From assembly GCA_041909135.1 (NCBI GenBank), contig JAYREA010000009.1, positions 1,837 to 65,836 on the forward strand: a stretch of 64,000 bases of DNA, read 5' to 3'. The position numbers and the translations under genes were made by a program. Below, piece by piece: positions 1-8,864 of the stretch. The stretch's first letter is position 1, and every line of letters starts with the position of its first letter. Origin of the DNA: Azonexus sp. (GTDB lineage Bacteria > Pseudomonadota > Gammaproteobacteria > Burkholderiales > Rhodocyclaceae). The notes beneath the pieces were generated by a model that made no database searches, was not told the DNA's origin, and saw nothing but the letters and a program-made list of their open reading frames with translations.

Positions 1-657
1 AATGGCATCGGTGGTCTTGGACATACCTGCAGCGACCAGCAGCATCCAGATGATGCCGACGGTTTTCTGCGCATCATTGCCGCCGTGTCCAAGGCTATAG
101 GCCGCAGCAGACAACAACTGAAAACGCCGGAAGTGTTTATCGACCTTGCGTGGCGCCATGTTTCGGCAGATCCACGAAATAGCCACCATCAAGGCACCAC
201 CGATCAGAAAGCCGAGAAGCGGCGCGACGAAGATGAAGGCGATGATCTTCAAAACACCGGCCGAGACCAAGCCCTCAAAGCCAGCTTTGGCCACGGCAGC
301 GCCAACCAGACCGCCGACCAAGGCGTGCGAGGAAGACGACGGAATGCCGTAGTACCAGGTAATGATGTTCCAGACGATGGCGCCGATCAACGCACCGAAG
401 ATGATGTAATGATCGACGATTGACGGATCGATGGTGCCTTTACCGATGGTCAAGGCTACCTTGAGCGGAAACAGGAAATAGGCGAGAAAATTGAATGCCG
501 CGGCCCAGATAACGGCCTGATGCGGCTTGAGAACCCGGGTTGAGACAATGGTGGCAATTGAATTAGCCGCATCGTGAAAACCGTTCATGAAATCGAACAG
601 CAAGGCAACGATGACCAGGGTAATGACAACCCCGAGGCTGATATTAAGGGTGTCCAT
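1..657 (-). CDS. PiT-family inorganic phosphate transporter (5' part; runs off window start)
   Basis: Manual translation from ATG at 657: MDTLNISLGVV...FDFMNGFHDAANSIAT...GIPSSSSHALIGG...HGGNDAQK, the PHO4/PiT signatures. Lies downstream of DUF47. Confidence 0.93.
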   Translation of the reverse strand, partial: MDTLNISLGVVITLVIVALLFDFMNGFHDAANSIATIVSTRVLKPHQAVIWAAAFNFLAYFLFPLKVALTIGKGTIDPSIVDHYIIFGALIGAIVWNIITWYYGIPSSSSHALVGGLVGAAVAKAGFEGLVSAGVLKIIAFIFVAPLLGFLIGGALMVAISWICRNMAPRKVDKHFRRFQLLSAAAYSLGHGGNDAQKTVGIIWMLLVAAGMSKTTDAI

Positions 658-671
658 GCCGAGCTACCCGC

Positions 672-1310
672 TCAGGAGTTTTCGAGAACAATGGCTTCGA
701 TCGTGCCGGCCACGTCCTTGCAGCGATCGGTTACCGATTCGAGCAGTTCGTAGATTTCCTTGAGCTTGATAACCTCACGCGCATCCGGCTCTTCGCGGAA
801 GACTTTTGACATGGCACCGCGCAATGAGCGATCCGCCTCGGACTCGAGCTCATCGATTTGATGGCAAAGCTTGAGAATGGCTGGCGCGTTATCCATGCTG
901 TGCAACAACTTGACGACTGACTGCACGCAGACACAGCAGTTTTCGGTGACCACGGCCATGGCCTTGGCCTCCGGCGGAACCCGGCGGATATCGTAGAGAG
1001 AGATAGACTCGGCCACATCCTGCATGATGTCCAGAATGTCATCCATGCCATTGATCAGCTGATGAATTTCATCGCGATCAAACGGCGTAATGAAGGAGGT
1101 GTGCAGTTGCGACAGTGTGTCGTGGGTAATTGCATCCGCCTTGCGCTCAAGGCTATCAATTTCCTCGGCAAACTTGTCAGCCAGTTCCGGCTGATCGACG
1201 AGTGCTGCAATCAGGTTGGACAGCGCCTTCCCGCCTTCTGCGATCAACACGGCGTGCGAGTTGAAAAGATCGAAATACTTGCCTTCTTTGGGCATCAAAC
1301 GACCGAACAT
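672..1310 (-). CDS. DUF47 / PhoU-like phosphate transport regulator
   Basis: ITPFDRDEIH and E..AD repeats; canonical DUF47-PiT gene pair. Confidence 0.92.
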   Translation of the reverse strand: MFGRLMPKEGKYFDLFNSHAVLIAEGGKALSNLIAALVDQPELADKFAEEIDSLERKADAITHDTLSQLHTSFITPFDRDEIHQLINGMDDILDIMQDVAESISLYDIRRVPPEAKAMAVVTENCCVCVQSVVKLLHSMDNAPAILKLCHQIDELESEADRSLRGAMSKVFREEPDAREVIKLKEIYELLESVTDRCKDVAGTIEAIVLENS

Positions 1311-1417
1311 GACAATCCTGTTAAGTTTTTGTTACAAGACTGAATTCTAGCACGTCGCACGATGGGGCTCACTCGAGGATCGCCAACGACGGAACCTCTT
1401 GCCGCTAAAATTGTCCG

Positions 1418-1750
1418 ATGCGCGATTTCACATTCCCTCCCGATGCCTTTGGCGACCGCTTTGAACTTGACGCTTTGCCGCTGTCGCGCCCGCCGGCCGG
1501 CTACGCGGTACAGATGCTTGATACCGACCGGCTGCTGGATCGGCAATCCGGAGATTTTCTGCCGGTGAGATCGACCGCACTTCAAGCGCTGTTCGAAAGC
1601 TTTGACGCGGCTTACGAAGCAGCAAAAGTGTGGGTGGAAACACATGGCACCACCGCCGATGAACACCGTCTCGCCATCGTTCCGGCTGGTTACGATGCGA
1701 TATTGGAGCGCCACATACTGATTTATGGCGTTCTTTGCGGACACCCCTGA
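1418..1750 (+). CDS. Hypothetical protein (110 aa)
   Basis: ORF with globular-looking composition, co-oriented 27 nt upstream of the AKR gene. No family recognised. Confidence 0.65.
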   Translation: MRDFTFPPDAFGDRFELDALPLSRPPAGYAVQMLDTDRLLDRQSGDFLPVRSTALQALFESFDAAYEAAKVWVETHGTTADEHRLAIVPAGYDAILERHILIYGVLCGHP

Positions 1751-1777
1751 TTCATTGCCTGATTTCGGAGACTTCCC

Positions 1778-2824
1778 ATGACAGCCTTCCAGAAAAACAC
1801 GCTTGGCCGTAGTAACTTCGAAGTTCCCGAAGTTTGCCTCGGCACGATGACCTTCGGCGAACAGACCAGCGAGAACGATGCGCACGCCCAGCTCGACTTT
1901 GCGCTGGCCAACGGCATTAACTTCATCGACACCGCTGAGATGTATGCCGTCCCGCCACGCGCGGAGACCTGTGGCGCTTCGGAAACCATCGTTGGCCACT
2001 GGCTGAAACACCAAGCTCGCGACAAGGTTCTGATTGCCACCAAGGTGGCTGGCCCCAGCCGCAACCTGCACTGGATTCGCAGCGGTCCGCCGGCGATGGA
2101 CAGCGCCAATATCCGTGCCGCCATCGAAGGTTCGCTGCAGCGCCTGCAAACGGACTACGTCGATCTCTACCAGTTGCATTGGCCCGAACGCAACCAACCG
2201 ATGTTCGGACAATGGCAATTCGACCCGGACAAGGAACGCGACGGCACGCCCATCCGTGAACAACTTGAAGTTCTCGGCGAACTCGTTCGGGAGGGCAAGG
2301 TCCGCCATATCGGCGTCTCCAACGAACATCCCTGGGGAATCATGCAGTTCACTCGCCTGGCCGATGAATTGGGGCTGCCGCACATCGTGTCGACGCAAAA
2401 TTCCTACAGCCTGCTGAACCGGACTTTTGAAACGGGGCTGGCCGAAGTCTGCCATCGCGAACGGGTTGGCCTGCTCGCCTACTCCCCCCTCGCTTTCGGA
2501 CACCTGACCGGCAAATACCTGAACAGACCGGATGCCCCCGGCCGTCTGACCCAATGGCCGGCGTTCGGACAACGCTATACCAAACCCAACGTGATTCCTG
2601 CCGTCCGGGCTTACGCTGAACTGGCGCAAAAAAACGGACTGACACCGGTCCAACTGGCACTTGGTTTCACACGCTCGCGCTGGTTCGTTGCGAGCACCAT
2701 CATCGGCACCTCTTCGCTCGAACAACTCGAGGAAACGTTACCCGCCACGCAGACGCCGCTGTCGCCAGAAATACTCGCCGAGATCGACGCCATCCACCTG
2801 CGCTACACCAATCCCGCACCATGA
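1778..2824 (+). CDS. tas: Aldo/keto reductase, Tas-like
   Basis: LGTMTFGEQ, NFIDTAEMY, DYVDLYQLHWPER, LLAYSPLAFG motifs. Confidence 0.9.
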   Translation: MTAFQKNTLGRSNFEVPEVCLGTMTFGEQTSENDAHAQLDFALANGINFIDTAEMYAVPPRAETCGASETIVGHWLKHQARDKVLIATKVAGPSRNLHWIRSGPPAMDSANIRAAIEGSLQRLQTDYVDLYQLHWPERNQPMFGQWQFDPDKERDGTPIREQLEVLGELVREGKVRHIGVSNEHPWGIMQFTRLADELGLPHIVSTQNSYSLLNRTFETGLAEVCHRERVGLLAYSPLAFGHLTGKYLNRPDAPGRLTQWPAFGQRYTKPNVIPAVRAYAELAQKNGLTPVQLALGFTRSRWFVASTIIGTSSLEQLEETLPATQTPLSPEILAEIDAIHLRYTNPAP

Positions 2825-3615
2825 ACGAATCGCTGTTCCCTCGCCTTGCCGAGGCGCTGGCCACGACCGACATCGCCGAGAAAATAGCGCTGACGGCGAA
2901 GATCGCTGCTGACTGGCAAGCCGGCAAGCTGGATTGGCGAGAGGATGTACCAGTCCAACTGACCTGCGGTCGCCCGGCCAAGCCGGATCTGGTAACGCAC
3001 AAGGAGGTCTTGCAGCGCAGCCCGCAAACGCCGGAAGGACGCGCCCACCTGCTGCACGCCATCGTGCATATCGAATTCACGGCAATCAACCTCGCCCTCG
3101 ATCACGCTGCCCGCTTCCGCAATATGCCTGAACAGTACTATGGAGACTGGATCGGTGTCGCTGCCGAAGAAGCCGAGCACTTTCAGCTATTACGAGAGCG
3201 CCTTTTGTCACTGAGCCATGACTACGGCGACTTCCCCGCCCACGCCGGTCTCTGGGAAATGGCCGAAAAGACTGAAAATGACGTCCTGGCCCGCATGGCC
3301 TTGGTTCCTCGCCTGCTCGAAGCGCGCGGCCTTGATGCCACGCCGCCTATCCAAAAAAAGCTGGAAGCTGCAGGCGATCATCAAAGTGCCCGCGCACTGG
3401 ACATCATCCTGCGTGACGAAATCGGTCATGTCGGACTGGGCGACCGCTGGTTTCGCTACCTTTGTACCGAACGCAACCTGATGCCAGAAAGTACGTACCG
3501 CGACCTGCTTACCCACTTCAAAGCCCCGTGGCCACAAGCCCCAATGAATGAATCTGCTCGCCTTCAAGCTGGCTTCAGCCAGGATGAACTGGCGGGATTG
3601 GCAAAAAAAAGGTAG
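2821..3615 (+). CDS. Ferritin-like DUF455 protein
   Basis: HAIVHIEFTAINLA, EEAEHF, EARGLDA, DEIGHV motifs; 4-nt overlap with the upstream gene. Confidence 0.9.
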   Translation: MNESLFPRLAEALATTDIAEKIALTAKIAADWQAGKLDWREDVPVQLTCGRPAKPDLVTHKEVLQRSPQTPEGRAHLLHAIVHIEFTAINLALDHAARFRNMPEQYYGDWIGVAAEEAEHFQLLRERLLSLSHDYGDFPAHAGLWEMAEKTENDVLARMALVPRLLEARGLDATPPIQKKLEAAGDHQSARALDIILRDEIGHVGLGDRWFRYLCTERNLMPESTYRDLLTHFKAPWPQAPMNESARLQAGFSQDELAGLAKKR

Positions 3616-3816
3616 AATAATCAACTCAATGCGTTGATGCATCGCCCGCAGTAACTCCGAGCAGCCCCCGGTTTTGAAGGTTCTTGTGCAGGATTCACCC
3701 CATTGATTCGTTCCCCGGCATGGCTGCGTCGGGGTCACCCAGGCCGCCCGACCCTCGGGCCAATCCGTCGCCAGTTATAACAACGTCAAGGGCGGCGAGG
3801 AAAGGAAACAGCATCT

Positions 3817-5649
3817 ATGTCGACCTCCGTCGAAAGCTTTGCCGATCTCGGCTTAAGCGAAACGCTTCTGCAAACCCTTACCCAAATCGGCTACGAAACC
3901 CCGTCGCCGATCCAGGCCCAATGTATCCCTGTTCTGCTCGAAGGTCATGACCTGATCGGCATGGCGCAGACCGGCACCGGCAAAACCGCCGCTTTCGCGC
4001 TGCCGCTGATGGAACAGATCGACGTCAAGCTGACCAAGCCGCAAGCCCTGATCCTGACGCCGACGCGCGAACTGGCCATCCAGGTTGCCGAAGCGCTGCA
4101 AAGCTACGCCAAGAACCTGCCCGGCTTCCACGTACTGCCGATCTACGGTGGCCAGAGCTACACCATTCAGCTCAAACAGCTGTCGCGTGGCGCCCACATC
4201 ATTGTCGGCACCCCGGGTCGCGTCATGGACCACCTCGAGCGCAAGACGCTCAACCTCGACCACCTGAAGACCATGGTGCTCGACGAAGCCGACGAAATGC
4301 TGCGCATGGGCTTCATCGACGACGTCGAGTGGATTCTCGAACGTACCCCGGAAAAGCACCAGACTGCGCTGTTCTCGGCCACCATGCCGGAGCAGATTCG
4401 CCGCGTTGCCCAGAAGTACCTGGTCGATCCGCGCGAAATCAAGATCAAGTCGGCCACCGCGACCGTCGCTGCTATCCGTCAGGTTTACTGGCAGGTTTCC
4501 GGCATGCACAAGCTGGATGCGCTGACCCGTATTCTTGAGGTCGAAGAAAACTTTGACGCCGCGATCATCTTTGTCCGCACCAAGACCGCCACGGTCGAAC
4601 TGGCCGACAAGCTGAACGCCCGCGGTTACGCCGCTGCCGCCCTGAACGGCGACCTCAATCAGCAGATGCGTGAACGCGTCATCGAGCAGTTGAAGTCCGG
4701 CGCGCTGGACATCGTTATCGCCACCGACGTTGCCGCCCGCGGCATCGACGTGCCGCGTGTCAGCCACGTGGTGAACTACGACATTCCGTATGACACCGAA
4801 GCCTATGTGCACCGCATTGGCCGCACCGGCCGCGCTGGCCGCGCCGGCAACGCCATCCTGTTCGTCGCACCGCGTGAAATTCGCATGCTGCGCACCATCG
4901 AGCGCGCCACCCGTTCGCCGATTGCCCCGCTGACCCTGCCAAGCCGCGCCGATGTGACCAACAAGCGCGTTGCAGACTTCAAGGGCAAGGTTGTCGAAGT
5001 GCTCAACGCCGAAGGCCTGGATTTCTTCGCCAATATCGTCTCGCAAATTGCTGAAGAGCAAAATGTCAGTGCCGAGGAAGTCGCTGCTGCGCTGGCCATG
5101 ATGGCTCAGGAAGGCAAGCCGCTGCAGATCGCCGGTGAAGATCCGCGTCCGGCCCCGGCTCCCCGTCCGGGCAGCTTTGGCGAGAGCGATCGCAAGCCGC
5201 GTTTTGAAGAGCGTGGTGATCGTCCGCGCTTCGAGGATCGTGGCGAACGGCCGCGTCGCGAAGACCGCCCGGCCCGTTCGGCGCCGGCTGGCGACATGGT
5301 GCGCTACCGCATCGACGTGGGTCGTGATCATGGCGCCGAAGTGCGCGACATCGTTGGCGCCATCGCCAACGAAGCCGGCATCGAGAGCCGCTTTATCGGC
5401 CGCATTGGTCTTTACGATGAATCCAGCACTGTCGAACTGCCGGCCGGCATGCCAGCCGAAGCATCGAATGCGCTGAAGCGCACCCGCATTCGCGGTGTGC
5501 CGATCAATCTGCGTCAGGATGAAGGTCGTCCGGACGGTGCTGCTGGCGGCGAACGCAAGTTCAGCGGCGAGCGCAAGTTTGGCGGCGGCGATCGCAAGCC
5601 CGAGGGTGATCGCGGCGGCTTCAAGAAAAAGAAGTTCGGCGACCGCTAA
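3817..5649 (+). CDS. deaD: DEAD-box RNA helicase DeaD/CsdA
   Basis: AQTGTGKT, PTRELA, DEAD, SAT, HRIGRTGR motifs; DbpA-type RNA-binding C-domain and basic tail. Confidence 0.95.
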   Translation: MSTSVESFADLGLSETLLQTLTQIGYETPSPIQAQCIPVLLEGHDLIGMAQTGTGKTAAFALPLMEQIDVKLTKPQALILTPTRELAIQVAEALQSYAKNLPGFHVLPIYGGQSYTIQLKQLSRGAHIIVGTPGRVMDHLERKTLNLDHLKTMVLDEADEMLRMGFIDDVEWILERTPEKHQTALFSATMPEQIRRVAQKYLVDPREIKIKSATATVAAIRQVYWQVSGMHKLDALTRILEVEENFDAAIIFVRTKTATVELADKLNARGYAAAALNGDLNQQMRERVIEQLKSGALDIVIATDVAARGIDVPRVSHVVNYDIPYDTEAYVHRIGRTGRAGRAGNAILFVAPREIRMLRTIERATRSPIAPLTLPSRADVTNKRVADFKGKVVEVLNAEGLDFFANIVSQIAEEQNVSAEEVAAALAMMAQEGKPLQIAGEDPRPAPAPRPGSFGESDRKPRFEERGDRPRFEDRGERPRREDRPARSAPAGDMVRYRIDVGRDHGAEVRDIVGAIANEAGIESRFIGRIGLYDESSTVELPAGMPAEASNALKRTRIRGVPINLRQDEGRPDGAAGGERKFSGERKFGGGDRKPEGDRGGFKKKKFGDR

Positions 5650-5666
5650 CCCAGCGTAAGCCCCAG

Positions 5667-5696
5667 AAAAAGCCACGGCAAGTCCGTGGCTTTTTT
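5667..5696 (+). terminator. Intrinsic terminator after deaD
   Basis: AAAAAGCCACGG-caagt-CCGTGGCTTTTTT hairpin with U tract. Confidence 0.88.
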
Positions 5697-5710
5697 GTGC
5701 CATTTTCATT

Positions 5711-5771
5711 ATTGAGAATTATTCTTGTTTACATCCAGGGAAAAATCTTTAAGATAGGAATCATTCTCAAT
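5711..5771 (+). promoter_or_regulatory. Sigma70 promoter flanked by two Fur boxes
   Basis: ATTGAGAATTATTCTTGTT (5711-5729) and GATAGGAATCATTCTCAAT (5753-5771) match the AATGAGAATnATTCTCATT Fur-type palindrome. TTTACA-N16-TAAGAT at 5728-5755. Confidence 0.82.
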
Positions 5772-5786
5772 AAAACAGACACTCCC

Positions 5787-5864
5787 ATGCACTCGCTACT
5801 GGCCCATGTTTCGATTGCCGCCCTGCTGCTCGGTTGGGCGCTCTTTACCTTGACGCCCATCTGA
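5787..5864 (+). CDS. Putative 25-aa single-TM small protein (not in ORF track)
   Basis: MHSLLAHVSIAALLLGWALFTLTPI*; first ORF after the Fur promoter and ends just before the RBS of the next gene. Its own RBS is weak. Confidence 0.5.
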   Translation: MHSLLAHVSIAALLLGWALFTLTPI

Positions 5865-5878
5865 TCCGGAGGAAATCC

Positions 5879-6085
5879 ATGCCATCAAGCCATCTTTGGG
5901 CCGGCGCACTGAGCCTGCTGCTGATCCATGAAGAAACCGGCTGCGCTCATTCGGCCTTGAACGCGGCGCGACTGCTCGAGCAGCTGATTGAATGCGAAGA
6001 CCTCGACGACGATACCCGCCGCCTCTGCGAGCGTGCCAGCAGCCGTCTGACTCGACAGGAGCCTCGCCATGCTTGCCCCGCTTAA
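5879..6085 (+). CDS. Hypothetical Cys/His-containing small protein (68 aa)
   Basis: GGAGG RBS then ATG 5879; MPSSHLW...HEETGCAHSA...LCERASSRL. Confidence 0.75.
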   Translation: MPSSHLWAGALSLLLIHEETGCAHSALNAARLLEQLIECEDLDDDTRRLCERASSRLTRQEPRHACPA

Positions 6086-6503
6086 AGACCGGAGCATCCT
6101 TGAACGCGATAACGCCGATCAGCCGAGCAAAAGTGAATTGCTGGCCGAAAATACCGCCCTGAAACTGCGTTTGCGCCAGGTTCGGCAATTCCAGAAAAGA
6201 ACGGCGACGGCGAATACCTGCCGGATTGTCGCCCTGACCAACGAGAATTTCCGGCTGACCGAACTCAACCGGCAACGGCAACAACGTATCGATGAGCTGG
6301 AATCCGGGCAGGTGATCATCGGCCTAGGCCAGCAGTTGATGGCATTGCAGCAGAAGAACGACGAACTTATCGAGGCGGTGCAACGTATCTGGTTTCTCGA
6401 CCGCACGCTGGACGCCGCCCACCAGGAATGTGAACGCCTGGCCCGGGAACGCGATAACGCGCTGGCCTGCCTTCAATCACGCGCCGACAGCCTGGTGAGC
6501 TGA
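6069..6503 (+). CDS. Hypothetical coiled-coil protein (144 aa)
   Basis: GGAG RBS; heptad-rich L/E/Q/R composition; overlaps the upstream ORF by 17 nt. Confidence 0.7.
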   Translation: MLAPLKDRSILERDNADQPSKSELLAENTALKLRLRQVRQFQKRTATANTCRIVALTNENFRLTELNRQRQQRIDELESGQVIIGLGQQLMALQQKNDELIEAVQRIWFLDRTLDAAHQECERLARERDNALACLQSRADSLVS

Positions 6504-6514
6504 TTCCTCAACCC

Positions 6515-6545
6515 GCCAGCCAACCGGGTTTCCGGCCAGCCAGCC
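6515..6545 (+). promoter_or_regulatory. Paired GCCAGCCAGCC-type direct repeat, leader of the DUF2325 gene
   Basis: GCCAGCCAACC (6515-6525) and GCCAGCCAGCC (6535-6545). The same paired motif occurs at four other iron-gene leaders. Confidence 0.7.
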
Positions 6546-6569
6546 TCCGATTTCCCCTGGAGCCCGAAC

Positions 6570-7898
6570 ATGCCCGAAATACCTTTCCACGTCGCCGGCG
6601 GATCGTTTGCCAACCGTCGCGCCGAAGCACTAGAAGCGCATCACGCCCCACCCGCTCCGGCATTCAGCCAAATGGCCAAGACACTGGGTTCACGCCGCCG
6701 CAAGTTGTGGGAAATACCCCACAAATTTCATTGCCCGGTCATTGGCAGCTGTTTTCAGGCCAGCGAACTGCGCACGCTAATGAACAAGCTGATGCACCTG
6801 CCGCGCGACACCAGTGATTTCGTATTGCACACGACAGCCGTTGGCACCTGCGAAACACGTAGTCGCCTCGCTGAAGCACTGCACAAGACGCTGGAAAAGC
6901 GTTTTCACCTGACCATCAAACACTACACCCTCGCCAAATCCGCCGAAGAAGTGCGCACACTCTGGCATCAAGCCGTGCAAAACGGTGCCGAGATTCCCGC
7001 TGCGCTGTGGGCGGCGTGGACGCATCCGGCCTGTGACACGCTACTGGAACAGGAAATCTACGGCGACATCCACATGATTCAGCACCAGGTGGGTAGCGGT
7101 ACACGAACCGATCTCAAGACGCTGAAAGCAGTTCGCGAAGAAAATGCCGAGTTGCGGCAACTCATCGAAAAGGCACGCCAGGAAGCCGAAGCAGCGCGCC
7201 ATGAGAAAGCACAGGAAACCCGTCTGCTGGGCGAACGAATTGTCGAACTGCGGGCCGAGCAAAGCGGCCGCGATGCTTGTATCGCCAATCTTTCAGCCCA
7301 ACTCGGCGCCTTGCGCGACAGCCTGCCCAAGCTCAAGGAACGCCAGGCGCTGGCCCGCCGTGCCGATGATGCGGAAGCGCGAGCCATGGCACTGACTGCC
7401 CAGTGCCGCACCCAGCAACTTGAAATGGAGCGCCTGCGAACCAGACTTGAAAATATTGGCCTGCAGAGCGAATCGCCGCGCCAGCCTGTTTCCGCCAGCA
7501 GCTTGCCTGACAACCCGGCACTCGCGGTTGGCGGCGACCGGTTGGACGGAAAATGCGTGCTTTGTGTCGGTGGCCGCACCGGTGCCGTCGACGCGTATCG
7601 CGATACGGTGGAACGGCATGGCGGTCGTTTTCTGCATCACGATGGTGGTCTTGAGGAAAGCCTGCATCGGATCGATGGCGTACTGGCAGCGGCGGATCTG
7701 GTCATCTGCCAGACCGGATGCATCAGCCACAACGCTTATTGGCGGGTCAAGGAGCAATGCAAGCGCACCGGCAAACCTTGCGTTTATGTCCGCGGCAGTG
7801 GCGTCTCGGCCTTTGGTCGGGCGCTGGGCAATTTTGGTACACCAGCAGGCGCCGATGGCTTGATGGCTGAAAGCATTGTTGACAATAATTCTCATTAA
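6570..7898 (+). CDS. DUF2325 domain-containing protein with N-terminal Cys/His domain and central coiled coil
   Basis: C-terminal VLCVGG...HHDGG...ADLVICQTGCISHNAYWRVKEQCKRTGKP; N-terminal RRKLWE..HCPVIGSC. Confidence 0.82.
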   Translation: MPEIPFHVAGGSFANRRAEALEAHHAPPAPAFSQMAKTLGSRRRKLWEIPHKFHCPVIGSCFQASELRTLMNKLMHLPRDTSDFVLHTTAVGTCETRSRLAEALHKTLEKRFHLTIKHYTLAKSAEEVRTLWHQAVQNGAEIPAALWAAWTHPACDTLLEQEIYGDIHMIQHQVGSGTRTDLKTLKAVREENAELRQLIEKARQEAEAARHEKAQETRLLGERIVELRAEQSGRDACIANLSAQLGALRDSLPKLKERQALARRADDAEARAMALTAQCRTQQLEMERLRTRLENIGLQSESPRQPVSASSLPDNPALAVGGDRLDGKCVLCVGGRTGAVDAYRDTVERHGGRFLHHDGGLEESLHRIDGVLAAADLVICQTGCISHNAYWRVKEQCKRTGKPCVYVRGSGVSAFGRALGNFGTPAGADGLMAESIVDNNSH

Positions 7899-7924
7899 CG
7901 AAATAATACGAACCATTCTCGTTT
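7879..7924 (+). promoter_or_regulatory. Internal Fur-regulated promoter for hemP-tonB
   Basis: TTGACA-N17-AATAAT (7879-7907) overlapped by GACAATAATTCTCATT and followed by AATACGAACCATTCTCGTTT. Confidence 0.8.
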
Positions 7925-7937
7925 GCGTTAGTCTTTC

Positions 7938-8114
7938 ATGAACAACCTGCCCAACCAGCCCAGTCAAAATCCGCTCCCTGCCCTTGGCAACGAGCGACCG
8001 CGCGTCAATAGCAGTGACTTGCTGCAAGGCACTTTGGCCGTGGAGATCGAACATGCCGGCCAGCGTTACCTGCTGCGCGTCACTCGCGAAAACAAGCTGA
8101 TCCTGACCAAATAA
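7938..8114 (+). CDS. hemP: Hemin uptake protein HemP/HmuP (58 aa; below ORF-track cutoff)
   Basis: Manual translation MNNLPNQ...RVNSSDLLQGTLAVEIEHAGQRYLLRVTRENKLILTK*; the KLILTK C-terminus is diagnostic. Confidence 0.93.
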   Translation: MNNLPNQPSQNPLPALGNERPRVNSSDLLQGTLAVEIEHAGQRYLLRVTRENKLILTK

Positions 8115-8147
8115 TTTTCCCTCCGTTGTAAATCTCTCGTTCCCATA

Positions 8148-8173
8148 GCCAGCGAGCCTCATGCCAGCAAGCC
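8148..8173 (+). promoter_or_regulatory. Paired direct repeat, leader of tonB
   Basis: GCCAGCGAGCC (8148-8158) and GCCAGCAAGCC (8163-8173). Confidence 0.65.
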
Positions 8174-8222
8174 AAGGGTTTTTTGCCGCACCGGGTGGAA
8201 CGAAGCCGAACCAAGATCATTT

Positions 8223-8861
8223 ATGAGCTACGTCCTTTCCCGCCCCTCTTCAGCCCAGCGCAGCGGCCTGCTTGGTATCGTGATCGGCGCTCATGTCGCA
8301 GTTTTCCTGCTCATCATGGCAGCCAAGACGGTCATGCCACAGATCATGGAAATGCCATTGGTGGTCGATCTGCTGGAAGCGCCTCCGGTCATCCAGAAGC
8401 AACCGGAAGCGAAACCGCTGCCTGTCGCCAAGCCGCAACCGATCCGCCAACCCACGCCCAAGACGCCGGCGCCGGTCATTGAAGCGACGCAAAGCAATGT
8501 GCCCGCCCCCTCGGCGCCAGTGGCGTCGCCCCCCGACATCAAGCCGGCCCCGCCTGCTGCGCCGGCTGCCGAGCCCGTCAGCCAGGCCCGTTTCGATGCT
8601 GATTACCTGCGTAACCCCGCCCCCGCCTATCCGCCGTTATCGCGCCGCATGGGAGAGGAAGGCAAGGTCATCCTGCGCGTTTCGGTAAGCCCGCAAGGCA
8701 GTGCCGACAGTGTTGAGATCAAGACCTCTTCCGGGAGCCAGCGCCTCGACGACTCGGCGCAGAAAACCGTACGCAACTGGAAATTCATCCCGGCCAAGCG
8801 CGGCGACAGCGCAGTTCAGAGCTGGGTACTGGTGCCCATCATTTTCAAATTGGAGCAATAA
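8223..8861 (+). CDS. tonB: Energy transducer TonB
   Basis: N-terminal TM with His, Pro-rich linker, YP..SRRMGEEG, SSG..RLD, WKFIPA. Confidence 0.95.
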   Translation: MSYVLSRPSSAQRSGLLGIVIGAHVAVFLLIMAAKTVMPQIMEMPLVVDLLEAPPVIQKQPEAKPLPVAKPQPIRQPTPKTPAPVIEATQSNVPAPSAPVASPPDIKPAPPAAPAAEPVSQARFDADYLRNPAPAYPPLSRRMGEEGKVILRVSVSPQGSADSVEIKTSSGSQRLDDSAQKTVRNWKFIPAKRGDSAVQSWVLVPIIFKLEQ

Positions 8862-8864
8862 CAC

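Noticed and set aside
5179-5270. Repeated GATCG/CCGCG units in deaD resembling a repeat array
   Set aside because: They encode the low-complexity (D/E)RPR(F/R)E linker of DeaD; not CRISPR. No CRISPR array or cas gene was seen anywhere in the window.
3853-5709. Long antisense ORFs (618 aa here; also 10696-12498, 14799-16652, 1295-2725, 25639-26943, 50211-51497)
   Set aside because: Shadow frames of high-GC genes with clear family motifs on the opposite strand.
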